A stretch of DNA of 64,000 bases from Owenia fusiformis (Eukaryota), in the NCBI GenBank assembly GCA_903813345.2, contig CAIIXF020000001.1, positions 33,666,001 through 33,730,000 on the forward strand. Reading direction: 5' to 3'. Positions 25,070-38,888 of this stretch are shown piece by piece (within the stretch, counting starts at the first letter, position 1; each line of letters starts with the position of its first letter). The notes under the pieces are model-generated. The model saw only the letters and a program-made list of their open reading frames with translations. It was not told the origin of the DNA and did not search any database. A program made the position numbers and the translations under genes.

Positions 25070-28000
25070 CATCGGTGTCTACATCTTCCTGTACAGGAAC
25101 TTTAAATTATGTTCATGTAATGATTCATTTAACTGGACGTTAGTCATTACTATCACTATATCTTGTTGATGGCATAATTAAGGTTACTAGAACATTCCTT
25201 GCATGTGTTGTCCTAACTTGATGTAACCAGAAGTTATGAATTTGCCATGTATGTGACAAGCACGTTACAGTCTCTTTATTTTGGCAAAGTCGTTGTTAAG
25301 GTTGGTACTACATTCCTGGCTCGTGATATCTAAGTCGAACGTAACTTGTATACTCATTTATGCGTGTCCACACTTTCCTTTGCTTACAACGTTCTATAGT
25401 TAATGTTACCAGAACTTTAACTTGGCCACGTATATGTGACGTTGCATTAGCACGTTACAGTCTGTTATTTTATTTTTGCAGTCATTGTTAAGGTTGCTAC
25501 TACATTCCTAGCACATGATATTTAAGTCAAATGTAACGTTCTTTGAACATCTGTGCGAGTCCACAACTTCCTGTACCTACAACGTTCCATAATTAACGTA
25601 TCAGAAATTTAGATTGGCCACGTATTTATGACGTAATGTAAGTACGTTACATTTTCGTTATTTTGGCGAAGTCATCGTCTAGGTTGGTTCCACGTTCCTG
25701 GCACGTGATATTTAAGTCAAATGTAACGTTCTTTAAACATCTGTGCGAGTCCACACCTTCCTGTACCTACAACGTTCCATATCAACGTTACCAGAAATTA
25801 AGATTGGCCACGTATATATGACGTAATGTGAGTACGTTACATTTTCGTTATTTTGGTGACGTAATTGTTAAGGTCGCTACTACGTTCCTGACACGTGATA
25901 TTTAAGTCAAATGTAACGTTCTTTAAACATCTATGCGAGTCCACACCTTCCTGTACCTACAACGTTCCATATCAACGTTACCAGGAATTTAGATTGGCCA
26001 CGTATATATGACGTAATGTAAGTACGTTACAGTTTCGTTATTTTGGCGACGTAATTGTTAAGGTCGCTACTACGTTCCTGACACGTGATATTTAAGTCAA
26101 ATGTAACGTTCTTTAAACATCTGTGCGAGTCCACACCTTCCTGTACCTACAACGTTCCATATCAACGTTACCAGAAATTAAGATTGGCCACGTATATATG
26201 ACGTAATGTGAGTACGTTACATTTTCGTTATTTTGGTGACGTAATTGTTAAGGTCGCTACTACGTTCCTGACACGTGATATTTAAGTCAAATGTAACGTT
26301 CTTTAAACATCTATGCGAGTCCACACCTTCCTGTACCTACAACGTTCCATATCAACGTTACCAGGAATTTAGATTGGCCACGTATATATGACGTAATGTA
26401 AGTACGTTACAGTTTCGTTATTTTGGCGACGTAATTGTTAAGGTCGCTACTACGTTCCTGACACGTGATATTTAAGTCAAATGTAACGTTCTTTAAACAT
26501 CTGTGCGAGTCCACACCTTCCTGTACCTACAACGTTCCATATCAACGTTACCAGAAATTTAGATTGGCCACGTATTTATGACGTAATGTAAGTACGTTAC
26601 ATTTTCGTTATTTTGGCGAAGTCATCGTTTAGGTTGGTTCTACGTTCCTGGCACGTGATATTTAAGTCAAATGTAACGTTCTTTAAACATCTGTGCGAGT
26701 CCACACCTTCCTGTACCTACAACGTTCCATATCAACGTTACCAGAAATTTAGATTGGCCACGTATTTATGACGTAATGTAAGTACGTTACATTTTCGTTA
26801 TTTTGGTGACGTAATTGTTAAGGTCGCTACTACGTTCCTGACACGTGATATTTAAGTCAAATGTAACGTTCTTTAAACATCTATGCGAGTCCACACCTTC
26901 CTGTACCTACAACGTTCCATATCAACGTTACCAGGAATTTAGATTGGCCACGTATATATGACGTAATGTAAGTACGTTACAGTTTCGTTATTTTGGCGAC
27001 GTAATTGTTAAGGTCGCTACTACGTTCCTGACACGTGATATTTAAGTCAAATGTTACGTTCTTTAAACATCTGTGCGAGTCCACACCTTCCTGTACCTAC
27101 AACGTTCCATATCAACGTTACCAGAAATTTAGATTGGCCACGTATTTATGACGTAATGTAAGTACGTTACATTTTCGTTATTTTGGCGACGTCATCGTTT
27201 AGGTTGGTTCTACGTTCCTGGCACGTGATATTTAAGTCAAATGTAACGTTCTTTAAACATCTGTGCGAGTCCACACCTTCCTGTACCTACAACGTTCCAT
27301 ATCAACGTTACCAGAAATTTAGATTGGCCACGTATTTATGACGTAATGTTAGTACGTTACATTTTCGTTATTTTGGTGACGTAATTGTTAAGGTCGCTAC
27401 TACGTTCCTGACACGTGATATTTAAGTCAAATGTAACGTTCTTTAAACATCTATGCGAGTCCACACCTTCCTGTACCTACAACGTTCCATATCAACGTTA
27501 CCAGAAATTTAGATTGGCCACGTATATATGACGTAATGTAAGTACGTTACAGTTTCGTTATTTTGGCAACGTTATTGTTAAGGTCGCTACTACGTTCCTG
27601 ACACGTGATATGTAAGTCAAATGTAACGTTCTTTAAACATCTGTGCGAGTCCACACCTTCCTGTACCTACAACGTTCCATATCAACGTTACCAGAAATTT
27701 AGATTGGCCACGTATTTATGACGTAATGTAAGTACGTTACATTTTCGTTATTTTGGTGACGTAATTGTTAAGGTCGCTACTACGTTCCTGACACGTGATA
27801 TTTAAGTCAAATGTAACGTTCTTTAAACATCTATGCGAGTCCACACCTTCCTGTACCTACAACGTTCCATATCAACGTTACCAGAAATTTAGATTGGCCA
27901 CGTATATATGACGTAATGTAAGTACGTTACAGTTTCGTTATTTTGGCGACGTAATTGTTAAGGTCGCTACTACGTTCCTGACACGTGATATTTAAGTCAA

Positions 28001-28075
28001 ATGTAACGTTCTTTAAACATCTGTGCGAGTCCACACCTTCCTGTACCTACAACGTTCCATATTTAACGTTGCTAC
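25070..28075. repeat. 190-bp tandem array (right subterminal), about 14 near-identical copies plus 2-3 diverged inner copies
   Basis: ct[g/a]tgcgagt at 25551, 25741, 25931 through 28021 with an exact 190-bp period. Confidence 0.97.
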
Positions 28076-28244
28076 AACTTGAGACATATATTCTGACGAC
28101 GTTATCACAACGTAAAATTGTTAGCTGGGGAGGAAGAGTAGGGTATGTAGGAATTTTTGAAAGTATATTTGATCAATCTGCATCGTGCATACTGGCAAGT
28201 GCAAATTTCAAACTCCAAAATGGCAAAGAATTTTAACCTGGGGT

Positions 28245-29247
28245 CTGATTGCAATTTTAATTTCAGATCCGGATTCCTGAGAGAATTCTACCCTTAATTC
28301 ATAACTCATACGTTCAATTTGTAGAACTTTTTATTTTAACCTACTTTTCGGACACCATATCTCAAAAGTGGATCAAAATACTTTCTGACGGCAAAAGGCT
28401 AACACTATTAGCACACTCTTTGCTACCTTTATACAAAATTTTGAAGCAAATCATTTAAGTGTAATGTCAAAATCGCAAAAATAAGGAAAAACTATGAATT
28501 TGACCTAGATTTTGACCTTGGCATTTTGGTGTCCAAATTTTAAAGCTATAGATAGCCTTCGAGGTCCCTTCTTTTATAGGCTTTCAGAATGTCAAGCTGT
28601 ACTCAGTCTATTATCTAGCATTTTACACTTCAAAAAAATCTTTTTTTTCCATGGGGCACCAAAATTGATTTTTGAGCTTTCAAAATGCCATAACTTCCGA
28701 AAAAAATGTCAGATTGAAATTTGATTTGCAGATTCGGATTCCTTAGAAAATTCTACCCTTAATTTATAACTGATACGTTAAATATTGAAAACTTTTTATT
28801 TTGGTCTACATTTCGGACACCATATCTCAAAAGTGGGTCAAATTACTTTCTGACAGCAAAAGGCTAACACTATTACCACACTCTTTGCTACCTGTATACA
28901 AAATTTTGAAGCAAATTATTAAAGTGTAATGTCAGAATTGCAAAAATAAGGAAAAACTATGAATTTGACCTAGATTTTGACCTAAGCATTTTGGTGTCCA
29001 AATTTTAAAGATAGCTTTCGAGGTCCCTTCTTTTATAGGCTTTCAGAATGTTAAGCTATACTCAGTCTATATCTGGTATTTTACACTTCAAAAAAATCTT
29101 TTTTCTCATTGACATAAATGGGGCACCAAATGGCGATTTTTGAGCTTTCAAAACGCCATAACTTCCGAACCTAAAGTCAGATTGAAATTTGGTTTGCAGA
29201 TTTGGATTCCTGAGAAAATTCTACCCTTAATTCATAACTGATACATT
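28245..29247. repeat. Tandem repeat, about 467-bp unit, about 2.1 copies
   Basis: gattg.aattt...ggattcct.agaaaattctacccttaatt at about 28247, 28712 and 29180. Confidence 0.85.
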
Positions 29248-29961
29248 AAAGGATCTAGTGCACCCGCCATTATGATCTCCCCATGAACAAAATGAATCAT
29301 TTTTAGGTGTAACCGCATGATACTGTGGAAAATATTTAAGCGTTTGGACCCACATGGGCTGAGGTTGAGGTCATTAAGTTCAGCAAGGGTGTATTGACTT
29401 GCTATTGGATGTGCTCCATTGACTTAACATGTGGATATCATCAGATTCCAATGGAGGCCATTTTCTATTGATTTTCACAAAAATACCTAAAATACACTAT
29501 GACCTGAATCGATTGCAAATTAAATAATTTCACAATATGACACAAATGGTATATCACATCAGATGTGCAAATATAAAGTTTGCAATCAATTCAGGTCATA
29601 CTTCAAATTAAAGGCTTAGACATTTTTTTCATCATTTTTTTCCTACAAAATGGCTATAGGAAAATGCTTCAAAAGCAACTTTTACACTCATGAAATCCCA
29701 TCCAACTTTGTAAATCCAAAGATTATACTGTTATGTTTCATTAATTAATAACATATTTGGATAAAATGTAGGGATGTGTAGGATGCAAATGGATTTTGAC
29801 AGACACAAAAACACTTCCTGGTTTGGCATCTCGACCCCTGTACACTTTATGATTGGATATTGGCCCTAATAAGTGGCCCATTCATCAATACAGTGCTGAA
29901 TATATAGTGTGTGCCAAATTGCTTTCTAAGTGGCTTAGTTAGGCTAAACCTATGTTGTGGT

Positions 29962-32900
29962 AGCTTACTATGAATTGACCCATAGTCATTTTAGATTGAT
30001 CTATTATCTATTCATTTATACTTGTCTGCAGTCAAAATAGTGACACGAAAGGGCTAAACGGCTTGCACCAAGGTGCGACCGTCAAAATGATGAGTTTGAA
30101 AAATATACATTTTTTTAAATAATACTTGTAAGTATACAAAATAAGATGCAAATTTGATATTGATGTGTAATGATAGTCCATTCGGGTGTGGTAATTTTAT
30201 GAAAAACAATTATGGTAAAAATTGGATATTTATGACCTTAAAATGCGATTTCAATTAAAAAGTTACTGTTGTCAAGGATATTATTCCTATTTTATATAGT
30301 CAGTGTTTTTTAAATATACCAATAACCATTTCATTAGTTTTTGACAAAGTAAATAATTATAGGGCTCACACAAGGATCAACTTTGTTCATAGCATTTTCA
30401 TATTAAGTGATGTTTTGAAAAAATACGAAGGTAAACTCAATTTTATTTTTTATTTGTTGAAGAAAAAACAATTATATGTTTGTTTTCTTGTTTCGACTGA
30501 AAAATCTCAATTCATCGCCCTTGCTTCGCAAGCAGGAGAGTCTACACCAGTACGAAAAAGTCTTCAAAAAGTTTATCCTTGTGTGAGCCCTACAATTATT
30601 TATTACTTTGTCAAAAACGTATATAATGGTTATTCGGATATATAAAAATCATTTAATAGGTAAAATAGGAAAAGTATCATTGACTTTTGATTTTGAATAA
30701 AAAAGTATTACGAGCATATAGTGCATCACTTAGTTTATAGCTTGCAGACAGTGATCTAAGAGGCATCATCTTGTAGTAATGGGTGTGACAGTGATGAGAC
30801 GGGAATTGATTTTATTGATTTTAATGCAAGTTTTGACAATCCTAGTATTGATGGTTTATCTTACGGACGTCATATTAAAAGATACCAATTTGCATTACAT
30901 CAACATCAAAGAAGTTTGATTTGTTCACAGATACGTGTCAGAGTGATACCTGTAGCAGTTGCACTAGATTGATATACAACAAGATATGTGTGAGCATTCA
31001 TTGCAACATTTACTTAAGAGTTATAATTTTACTAAATCTGATGGAAGATTAGATAATTTAAGTCTATCTCTTTTGGTTTATTCAATTTGAATAGTACTTT
31101 TGCAATAAAGATACCTATGTTTTGTTCATAAAATGTTTATTCAACATAGGTCAAAAGTCAGGGTAATTTCAAGTTTAAAATATCAATATCTAGGATAGTT
31201 GGCATTTTAAGACATTTTGCCGATGGTGTGACCCTTCACAGCCGATGATTATGTGACCTGAGGTAAAGATCAACTGAATTGGTCTAGGTAATTTCAAGGT
31301 CAATATCTAGCAATTTGGTGTTTTAAGGCAATTGAGAACAATTCTGACCCTTGACAACCGATTATTAGGTGACCTGTTGTCAGGGTCAAGGTCTATAGGT
31401 CAAGATCATTTCAAGGTCATCAATATCTAAATATTTCGCGTTTTTGGGCTGAGGTTACCCTTTGTGAATCATGAATGTGTAACCTGAGGTCAAGGTTATT
31501 TCAAGGTCAAATATCAGTATCTAAGTACTTGGTGTATTTAAGGCCCTGGTATCTGCTGTAGCCCTTAGCGACTCATGATAGGGTGACTTCCAAGGTCAAT
31601 ATCTAGCAATTTGGAGTTTAAAGGCAATTGAGAACAATTGTGACCTTTGGCGACCAATGATTAGGTGACCTGGTGTCAAGGTCACGTCAAGGTCAATATC
31701 TAGGTAGTTGGCAAATGTGGGGCTACAGTCCTATTCAATGACCAATGATAAAGTGACCAGAGATCTATAAGTCAATGTTTATGGATCAAGATCATTTCAA
31801 GGTCATAGCTCAATATCTAATTAGTATTTGGAGTTTTGGGGCTGAACGTGTTTTTGTGAAAACAATATGATTTTTCTTATGTAAAGTCCATGTGATAAAA
31901 ATGATATCATCCAACTTCTTCACTTGAAAAGAAAAAACATCATGAATCCCCCTCAACCTTTATTTTTCAACTTATTTTTTTATGATTTCATTCTGGTTTG
32001 ATTCCTTGACAACTTAATGATACACTACATGATTTTATTACTATATGTACGGGTATAAGCATCAAATGTGGTGCCGCCTGTTATTAATTACATTCGTAAA
32101 CATAATGCTTGAATGTATCAATAAATTGAAATTGAAAATATAAATATTTGAAAATATATCTGAAATATTATTGATAAGATCCCCACCTTGTCACTTTTTG
32201 AAAAATATTAGGCTTATTTTCTAAAGTATTTTTTCTTAATTCGAATATATCAAAAGTTCTTCTACGCGAATGAATTAAAAATTCTGAAAGGGGGATGGGT
32301 ATTGAAATGCGATAAAGTTAAAAACCACAAATTCCATGTTATTTTCCATTGGAAAAACTCAAACTATCCATTGTTTTCAACATAATTTTGGTCATTGAAA
32401 ATTGATATCTCCAAAACTAGACTTTCATTACAATTCTACTAATGAAAAAGTTTTAGACCACTTGTTGAATAATATTTTCATGAACTTCAAATAAAAAAGA
32501 AGAACCTCTGTTGAGTAAATAATTTCAAAAAAATGTTGAGATGGGTTCCTCATTCATAGTTTTTTAGATTGTTTGAATGATATTTTTATAATCATTGAGA
32601 ATTGAATTTTCTTGAAATATAACATATTGTGTTTTTGAGAAATGTCATTGAGAAGTAGTCATGGTAAAATATATGATGATCGGATATCACTTGCCATACT
32701 ATACCTGGTCCTTTGCCAATTTGAAGTGAATTGTAAAATCATACCAGAAGAGAGGACATCCAAATATGAGGTCATTTTATGTCTGCAATCAGTGATCAAC
32801 AGCCACGAGAGTTACTTTCTCTAGTAATTCTGAATTGGATCAGTATTGTATTGTATTGTATTGTATTGTATAATATGACCATTTAATTCACACTAGTTTC

Positions 32901-33910
32901 TTCATATGCCTGGACTAAAAATTCCGAATCTGTTTGGGTGAAATAACCAAATGTGACCAATAATATGAGTATATTTGAGTATTGTCTCTTCACTTTCCAG
33001 TCAAAAATGCAAGATTTAAAAATATTTTTACAAATAATTGCAGTAAAACATGCAAAATATAATGCACATTGGTTATTGAAATGTAGAGATAGTCCATGAG
33101 GGTATGGTTATATTATTAAAAACAATTATGGTAAAAATTGGGTATTTCTAACCATATAATGCTTTTTATTCCAAGTTCAATGACATTCTTCCAATTTTAC
33201 CTTTGAAATGATTTTCATACCGACGAATAACCATTATATCAGTTTCTGGTAAAGTAAATAAGTGTAGGGCTTACACAAGGATCAACGTTTTTTAAGACTG
33301 TTTATGTACTTGTATATCCCCTGCCGTTCTAAGAGGAAGAGCAATGAATTGTGATTTTCAGTCAAAACAATGAAATAAACACACTCTGTTTATTTTGTTA
33401 TACCATGGGCTAAACATTTAACAAATAAAATTGTGTTTAACCTTATATTTTTTCAAAACATCACTAAATATGAAAATATTGCAAATAAAGTTGATCCTTG
33501 TGTGAGCCCTATATTTATTTACTTTGCCAAAAATGAATATAATGGTAATTAAAATATTTTGAAAACATTGAATAGGTGAAATAGGAATATTACCATTAAC
33601 AACCATGACTTTTGAATTAAGATGGTATTTTTAGGTCAGAAATATATAATTCTTCACAAATTTTGTTTTTTATAAAAATGGCCACACGCAAATGGACTAT
33701 CATACTTATCAATATCAAATTTGCCTCCTATATTGTATAACCATTTCTATTATTTGAAAAAAATAATTTTTCATCAAACTCATCTTTTTGATGGTTGCAC
33801 CTTGGTGCAAGCCGTTTAGCCCTTTCGTGTCACCTTTTTGAGTGCAGACAAGTAAAAATGAATAGTTGATGAACCAATATATAATGATTATGGGTCACTT
33901 CATAGTAAGC
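29962..33910. mobile_element. Complex foldback structure: long inverted arms, each containing an inner palindrome
   Basis: 29962-30390 is the reverse complement of 33490-33910; inner IRs 30310-30385/30570-30645 and 33230-33290/33490-33550. Confidence 0.7.
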
Positions 33911-34061
33911 AAAATTTGGCAAGATGTAATAAAATTCAAACCAAGGTGTTCAAAATTTGGATCAAGGTGTTCAGAATTGGACCAAGGTGTCCACATTTTG
34001 AGGGGAGGTGTTCAACATTTCCAAGTCACTCATGTTAGGTGTTCCCAAGTTGACAGGCCTG
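33911..34061. mobile_element. MITE family A, right half
   Basis: Ends gttgacaggcctg; matches 49856-50008. Confidence 0.8.
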
Positions 34062-34304
34062 CTAATGATCGTTGATTCTCCACCCAGGGACTCACCCTCG
34101 GGTCTCCAAGAGTCTGGTTGGGCGCTAATAGGAACATGGGCACCAATTACGGCAAATACGGTATTTGCTTAATTCTATGAAGAATGTTTTTATAGTTTTT
34201 AATATTCTATCGTCCAGCGTATTCTCTCCGAATGCTCCAGAAAACAACTTTTGCATTTATCAAATATCATACAACTTTGTAAATCTAAAGATTATAATAT
34301 TTTC

Positions 34305-35693
34305 TGTCTGAGGACGTATTGGGAACGAGGTAGAATTAAAGAATTCTTATGAACGAGTCATGCAAGATACTAGAACTAGTAAAGTAATGTATTGGATAAG
34401 TTAATTTCTGATGGATCTGGATAAAATATATTTCAAAACTTTGTCAACACTAGATAACTTCATTTAGGCAGATATAGTATCTTGATATATTTGGCTATCA
34501 TGCGTTTAAAATACGTTCCTAAAACTATGAAGATGTTAGGTGAGAAATATTGCTATTGTACGTTCGAAAAGTATTTGGTTGTATTTTGTAGTTCTCAAGT
34601 TACCCATGAACTTTTGTGGGGTAATTAACGTCTTGACTTAGACTTTGATTTAGCCTAATTTTGCAATGATGTCAACGTGATTCAAATGTTATGCTGTCGT
34701 GATTCGCAGAGGTTGCGACAAGATTCGTTTTAAGAAATTGTATTTTTTGATAAGATCCCCTAATTTTCGGAGAACTGGGTTTCGGAGAATTGGGTTTCGG
34801 ACAACTGGGTTTCGGACAACTGGGTTGACCCCTCTTTTATATAGGCAATATAAAATGAAACATTTTGAAACAGATAAAATAAGTTATCGCATAGAACTCT
34901 AAGAATAAAACAGTATACATATTACGTTGTCAAAATATTTCGTCGCATTTAATTTCTTAGTCTCGGTCTCTTATCAAATCGTAAAAGAACAAAACATTCT
35001 AAACTTAATCACTTGGGATTTCTTTCTCGGCATTCGTTTCAGGCATTTGTTTTTTATGTTTTTCTCCTGAAATGTATTTGTTTGACAATAATCAGAGAAA
35101 CTGCGTATACGTATATAAAACAAACAGGTGTGACTTCGATTTCTTGTCTGTCTGAGGACGTACATGTATTGGGAACGAGGTAGAATTAAAGAATTCTTAT
35201 GAACGAGTCATGCAAGATACTAGAACTAGTAAAGTGATTTATTGGATAAGTTAATTTCTGATGGATCTGGATAAAATATATTTCAAAACTTTGTCAACAC
35301 TAGATAACTTCATTTAGGCAGATATAGTATCTTGATATATTTGGCTATCATGCGTTTAAAATACGTTCCTTAAACATGAAGACATTAGGTGAGAAATATT
35401 GCTATGATTGTACGTTCGAAAAGTATTTGGTTGTATTTTGTAGTTCTCAAGTTACCCATGAACTTTCGTGGGCTAAACATTAAATAATTAACGTCTTGAC
35501 TTAGCATATTTAGCCTAATTTTGCAATGATGTCAACGTGATTCAAATGTTATGCTGTCATGATTGGCAGAGGTTGCGACAAGATTCGTTTTAAGAAATTG
35601 TATTTTTTAGATAAGATCCCCTAATTTTCGGAGAACTGGGTTTCGGAAAACTGGATTTTGGAGAATTGGGTTTCGGACAACTGGGTTGACCCC
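34305..35693. mobile_element. Two tandem partial copies of the 37974-39173 Mutator-like family, inverted
   Basis: 34305-34832 duplicates about 35150-35693; both end with 15-bp repeats plus gggttgacccc. Confidence 0.85.
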
Positions 35694-35772
35694 ACTGAAA
35701 ATACAGTATCTCATACCATACAATATATGCCTTTCATATAGTCTCAACACAATTTCCATGAATTAAAACATA

Positions 35773-36552
35773 CCGTATTCTCTGTAATTAGCGCCCACTC
35801 TCTAATAAGCGCCCACCCCGCTTCACAAAGTTCAAGAAACATCGAGGAATCAACAAGAATTGAAGAATATATCAGGAAAAAAATATTTCTCAAAATCGAG
35901 GAGCGGGCGATAATAGAGTACTTACCCTAAAACTGCTGTAAACACGACGCGTTTTGTAATTCTATGCATCCTCTCGATACATATCTATCGATGGGTGATT
36001 CCCACACCATACCATGCTAATATTGTCTCCAAATAGTCCATAATGAATGAAGGAATTGTTCTTTATCGGCATTCAGAAATTTCAAAAGCTACTGCGCAGA
36101 TGTTCTGCGCATGTCAAGGTCGTGAACTTTCTGGTTTCTTTTTAATGTTTCTCGACTTTTACACGACTTTTGCACGAATAATGATGATCTCTCATCAAAT
36201 TAGAAATAATGTATAACTTTAGATCGATATCCAGCAGTCTCTAGTGGAAATATTGAAGGTAATCGGCGATAATGACAAAGTGGGCGTGCCGGAAATAAAT
36301 TAGACATAGACGGGTCTTCAACCACTGTCAATATTGTCTAAGCGATCTTTACCGTATTCTCTCCAATAACAGCACTTGTCATATTATTATAAAAATATGT
36401 TGAAGAAAATGCATTCTTGTCAAGAAAAATTGCCATACATGAAATTCCTCGGGATTTCTGATTTCTTTCATACATGGGCGCTTATTAGAATGGTCTAAAT
36501 AATGTATTTTCAATTTTCTAAACGCCCTGGGCGCTAATTACAGAGAATACGG
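35773..36552. mobile_element. pogo/Tc2-like MITE
   Basis: Perfect TIR ccgtattctctgtaattagcgccca; TA TSD. Confidence 0.9.
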
Positions 36553-36667
36553 TATGTAGTTATCTCTAAGAGAAGCTAGACATGTCTCCCTTGGATAATA
36601 TGACTAATTAACTGACTTCAGTTTTTTTCAAAACTGGCACAATATGTCTCAAAACCTGTCATTAAAG

Positions 36668-37024
36668 CAGGTCTGTCAACTTGGGACCATCTAACATGAG
36701 TGACTTCAAAATGTTGAACACCTTCCTTCAAGGGGGGGTAGGTGTAAATATTTTCGAAACAAATGCGTGATATATCATACAATTTGTACCAAATGCGTGA
36801 CATAAACGGCAATCGCGTGCAGAGACAGAACGGAATGCGTTCGCTTTTTTTCGCCTTTCGCTTTTTTACCGTGTCGCCATTTCACAAAAAACGATTTTTA
36901 AAAATATCAACAAAATGCGTGATTTGCGTGATATTTGATCACACACGCTAAATTGATGCGTGATTTCTATTTTTCCAGCAAATGCGTGACAATCACGCCT
37001 AATGCGTGAGGGTTGACAGGGCAG
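36668..37024. mobile_element. MITE family A subfamily
   Basis: Ends caggtctgtcaac / gttgacagggcag; TSD ttaaag/ttaaaa; empty site visible in the opposite arm near 39425. Confidence 0.8.
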
Positions 37025-37973
37025 TTAAAACCAAAGTATGACTGTCAAATACAGCTCAGACTGATTGTTCATGTGGGTGGAGGACATGTTCAGTAATTAA
37101 ATGTTGAGCTTGTATATTCATATTTACAGTATATACAATGAATTATTTTTTTCAATTTTCTAAAGGCCAGGTCAAGCAACAAAGCAACAGGGGGAAAAAG
37201 TGCTCGTGAAAAAAGGTAAAAATCAGTGAAATATATTGAACTTTGCAGAAAATAAAAAGAAACAATGATTCCCAAGATAGTTGAGCATCTGATTAGTGAG
37301 TTACAAGAGGAAGGGTGCATTCTAGGAGGATACAGTACAAAATAAATTCAACAAACAATGGAACTACTATTACATTGGAATATAAAGCACACCATTTTGG
37401 CAACCCAAGGTCACAAACCAGTACCAAGTTACCAAGTAGACTTATAAGAGATGCTGATAGGATTAGTGATTACAACTCTAACAAAAAACTATTGAGTGAA
37501 CCTAAACACCATGAACAAAATGTACTAGGATTATATGAACAGTCAACACCTGTTACACCTGTACTAAATAGAGACTTGTTTAAAAACAGAACTAATGGAA
37601 ACAGTGAAATTGTAAACAATAACAATGAAACTGACACAGCAAAAAAAGGTGACTTTGACAGTGGATTTACTTCAATATTGCAATTGAGGAATCCTGGAGA
37701 CAGAATAAAAAAAAGTGAATGTTGGGATGCAAACAGATGTGAAACAAAAAAGACACCAATCAAGTGCAACTGAAATAAAAGTGCAACAATATGTGCCAAA
37801 CCTTCAAATCCATGACAAGAAACAAGCAAGATGAATTGAGGGATACAAATGATTTTGGTTTAAATGACTAGGTTTTTTGAGACTGTGACGATCATATAGG
37901 ACTCTATCTATCTGGAAATCCAGTGGTGTTGAGTAATTGAATCAAATCAACTTCATTCAACAATTCTCATTTT

Positions 37974-38837
37974 GGGGTCAACCCAGTTGTCCGAAACCCA
38001 GTTGTCCGAAACCCAGTTTTCCGAAACCCAGTTGTCCGAAACCAAGTTCTCCGAAAATTAGGGGGATCTTATTTGAAAAATACAATTTTTCTAAACGAAA
38101 CTCGTTGTCGCAACCTCTGCGAATCACAACATAACATTGGAATAACGTTGACATCATTGAAAAATTAGGCTAAATATGCTAAGTCAAGACGTTAATTGTT
38201 TAATGTTTAGGCTAGCCTACGAAAGTTCATATACAGGTGATATAGATGTTCAAACAAACAAAGTTAAATTATGTTATTCTCATTGTAAAATGGCGTTTAC
38301 ACAACATACATAGGGGTCTACAATTTTTAAACCAATTTTCTTTATGGCCCATTGGCCTTTTTTGAGAGGGAACAACGTTTTTCCAATGGGGGATGGGCGT
38401 TCATAAAAGGAAAAATAGCTTTCCCAAGCCAGTGGGCATTTATTTAATAAAGTTAACATGTACATCTTTTCAAACCAAAACTTATTCTTCAATTACGTAC
38501 TCTGTTCGAGAAATAGAGATTAAATCAAAAGGATGAAGTGAGTACATGGCGAATATGAAACTTCTTGCGAATGGGAGAACATCCATTTTGATACGAGGAC
38601 AGCCTGTCTTCGTTTCCAGTTGATCCCAAGTGATTAAGTTAAGAATGTTTTGTTCTTTTACGATTTGATAAGATACAGAGACTAGGAAATTAAATGCGAC
38701 GAAAATGATTCATTTTATTTTGCCTACATGTATATAAAAGAGATTGAAGAAGATAAGATAAACTGTTCCGTAATATATATTGTGTTTTGATAACCTTTTT
38801 TTATATTCTGGTAACGCGTGCAATGGATGCAATTCAA

Positions 38838-38888
<51 letters not shown>

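Larger units (their letters stand above)
17649..28129. mobile_element. Non-autonomous CMC/EnSpm (CACTA)-like element, 10.5 kb
   Basis: Termini CCCAGCAAACA / TGTTAGCTGGG, 2-bp TSD GA, long subterminal tandem arrays at both ends; no transposase ORF. Confidence 0.8.

Noticed and set aside
17800..28075. Regular arrays as CRISPR-like loci
   Set aside because: Units repeat in full with no unique spacers, no cas genes are present and the context is a eukaryotic intron
29246..29960. Kolobok-like element starting ttaa|aggatctagtgcaccc
   Set aside because: No matching right terminus found in the window
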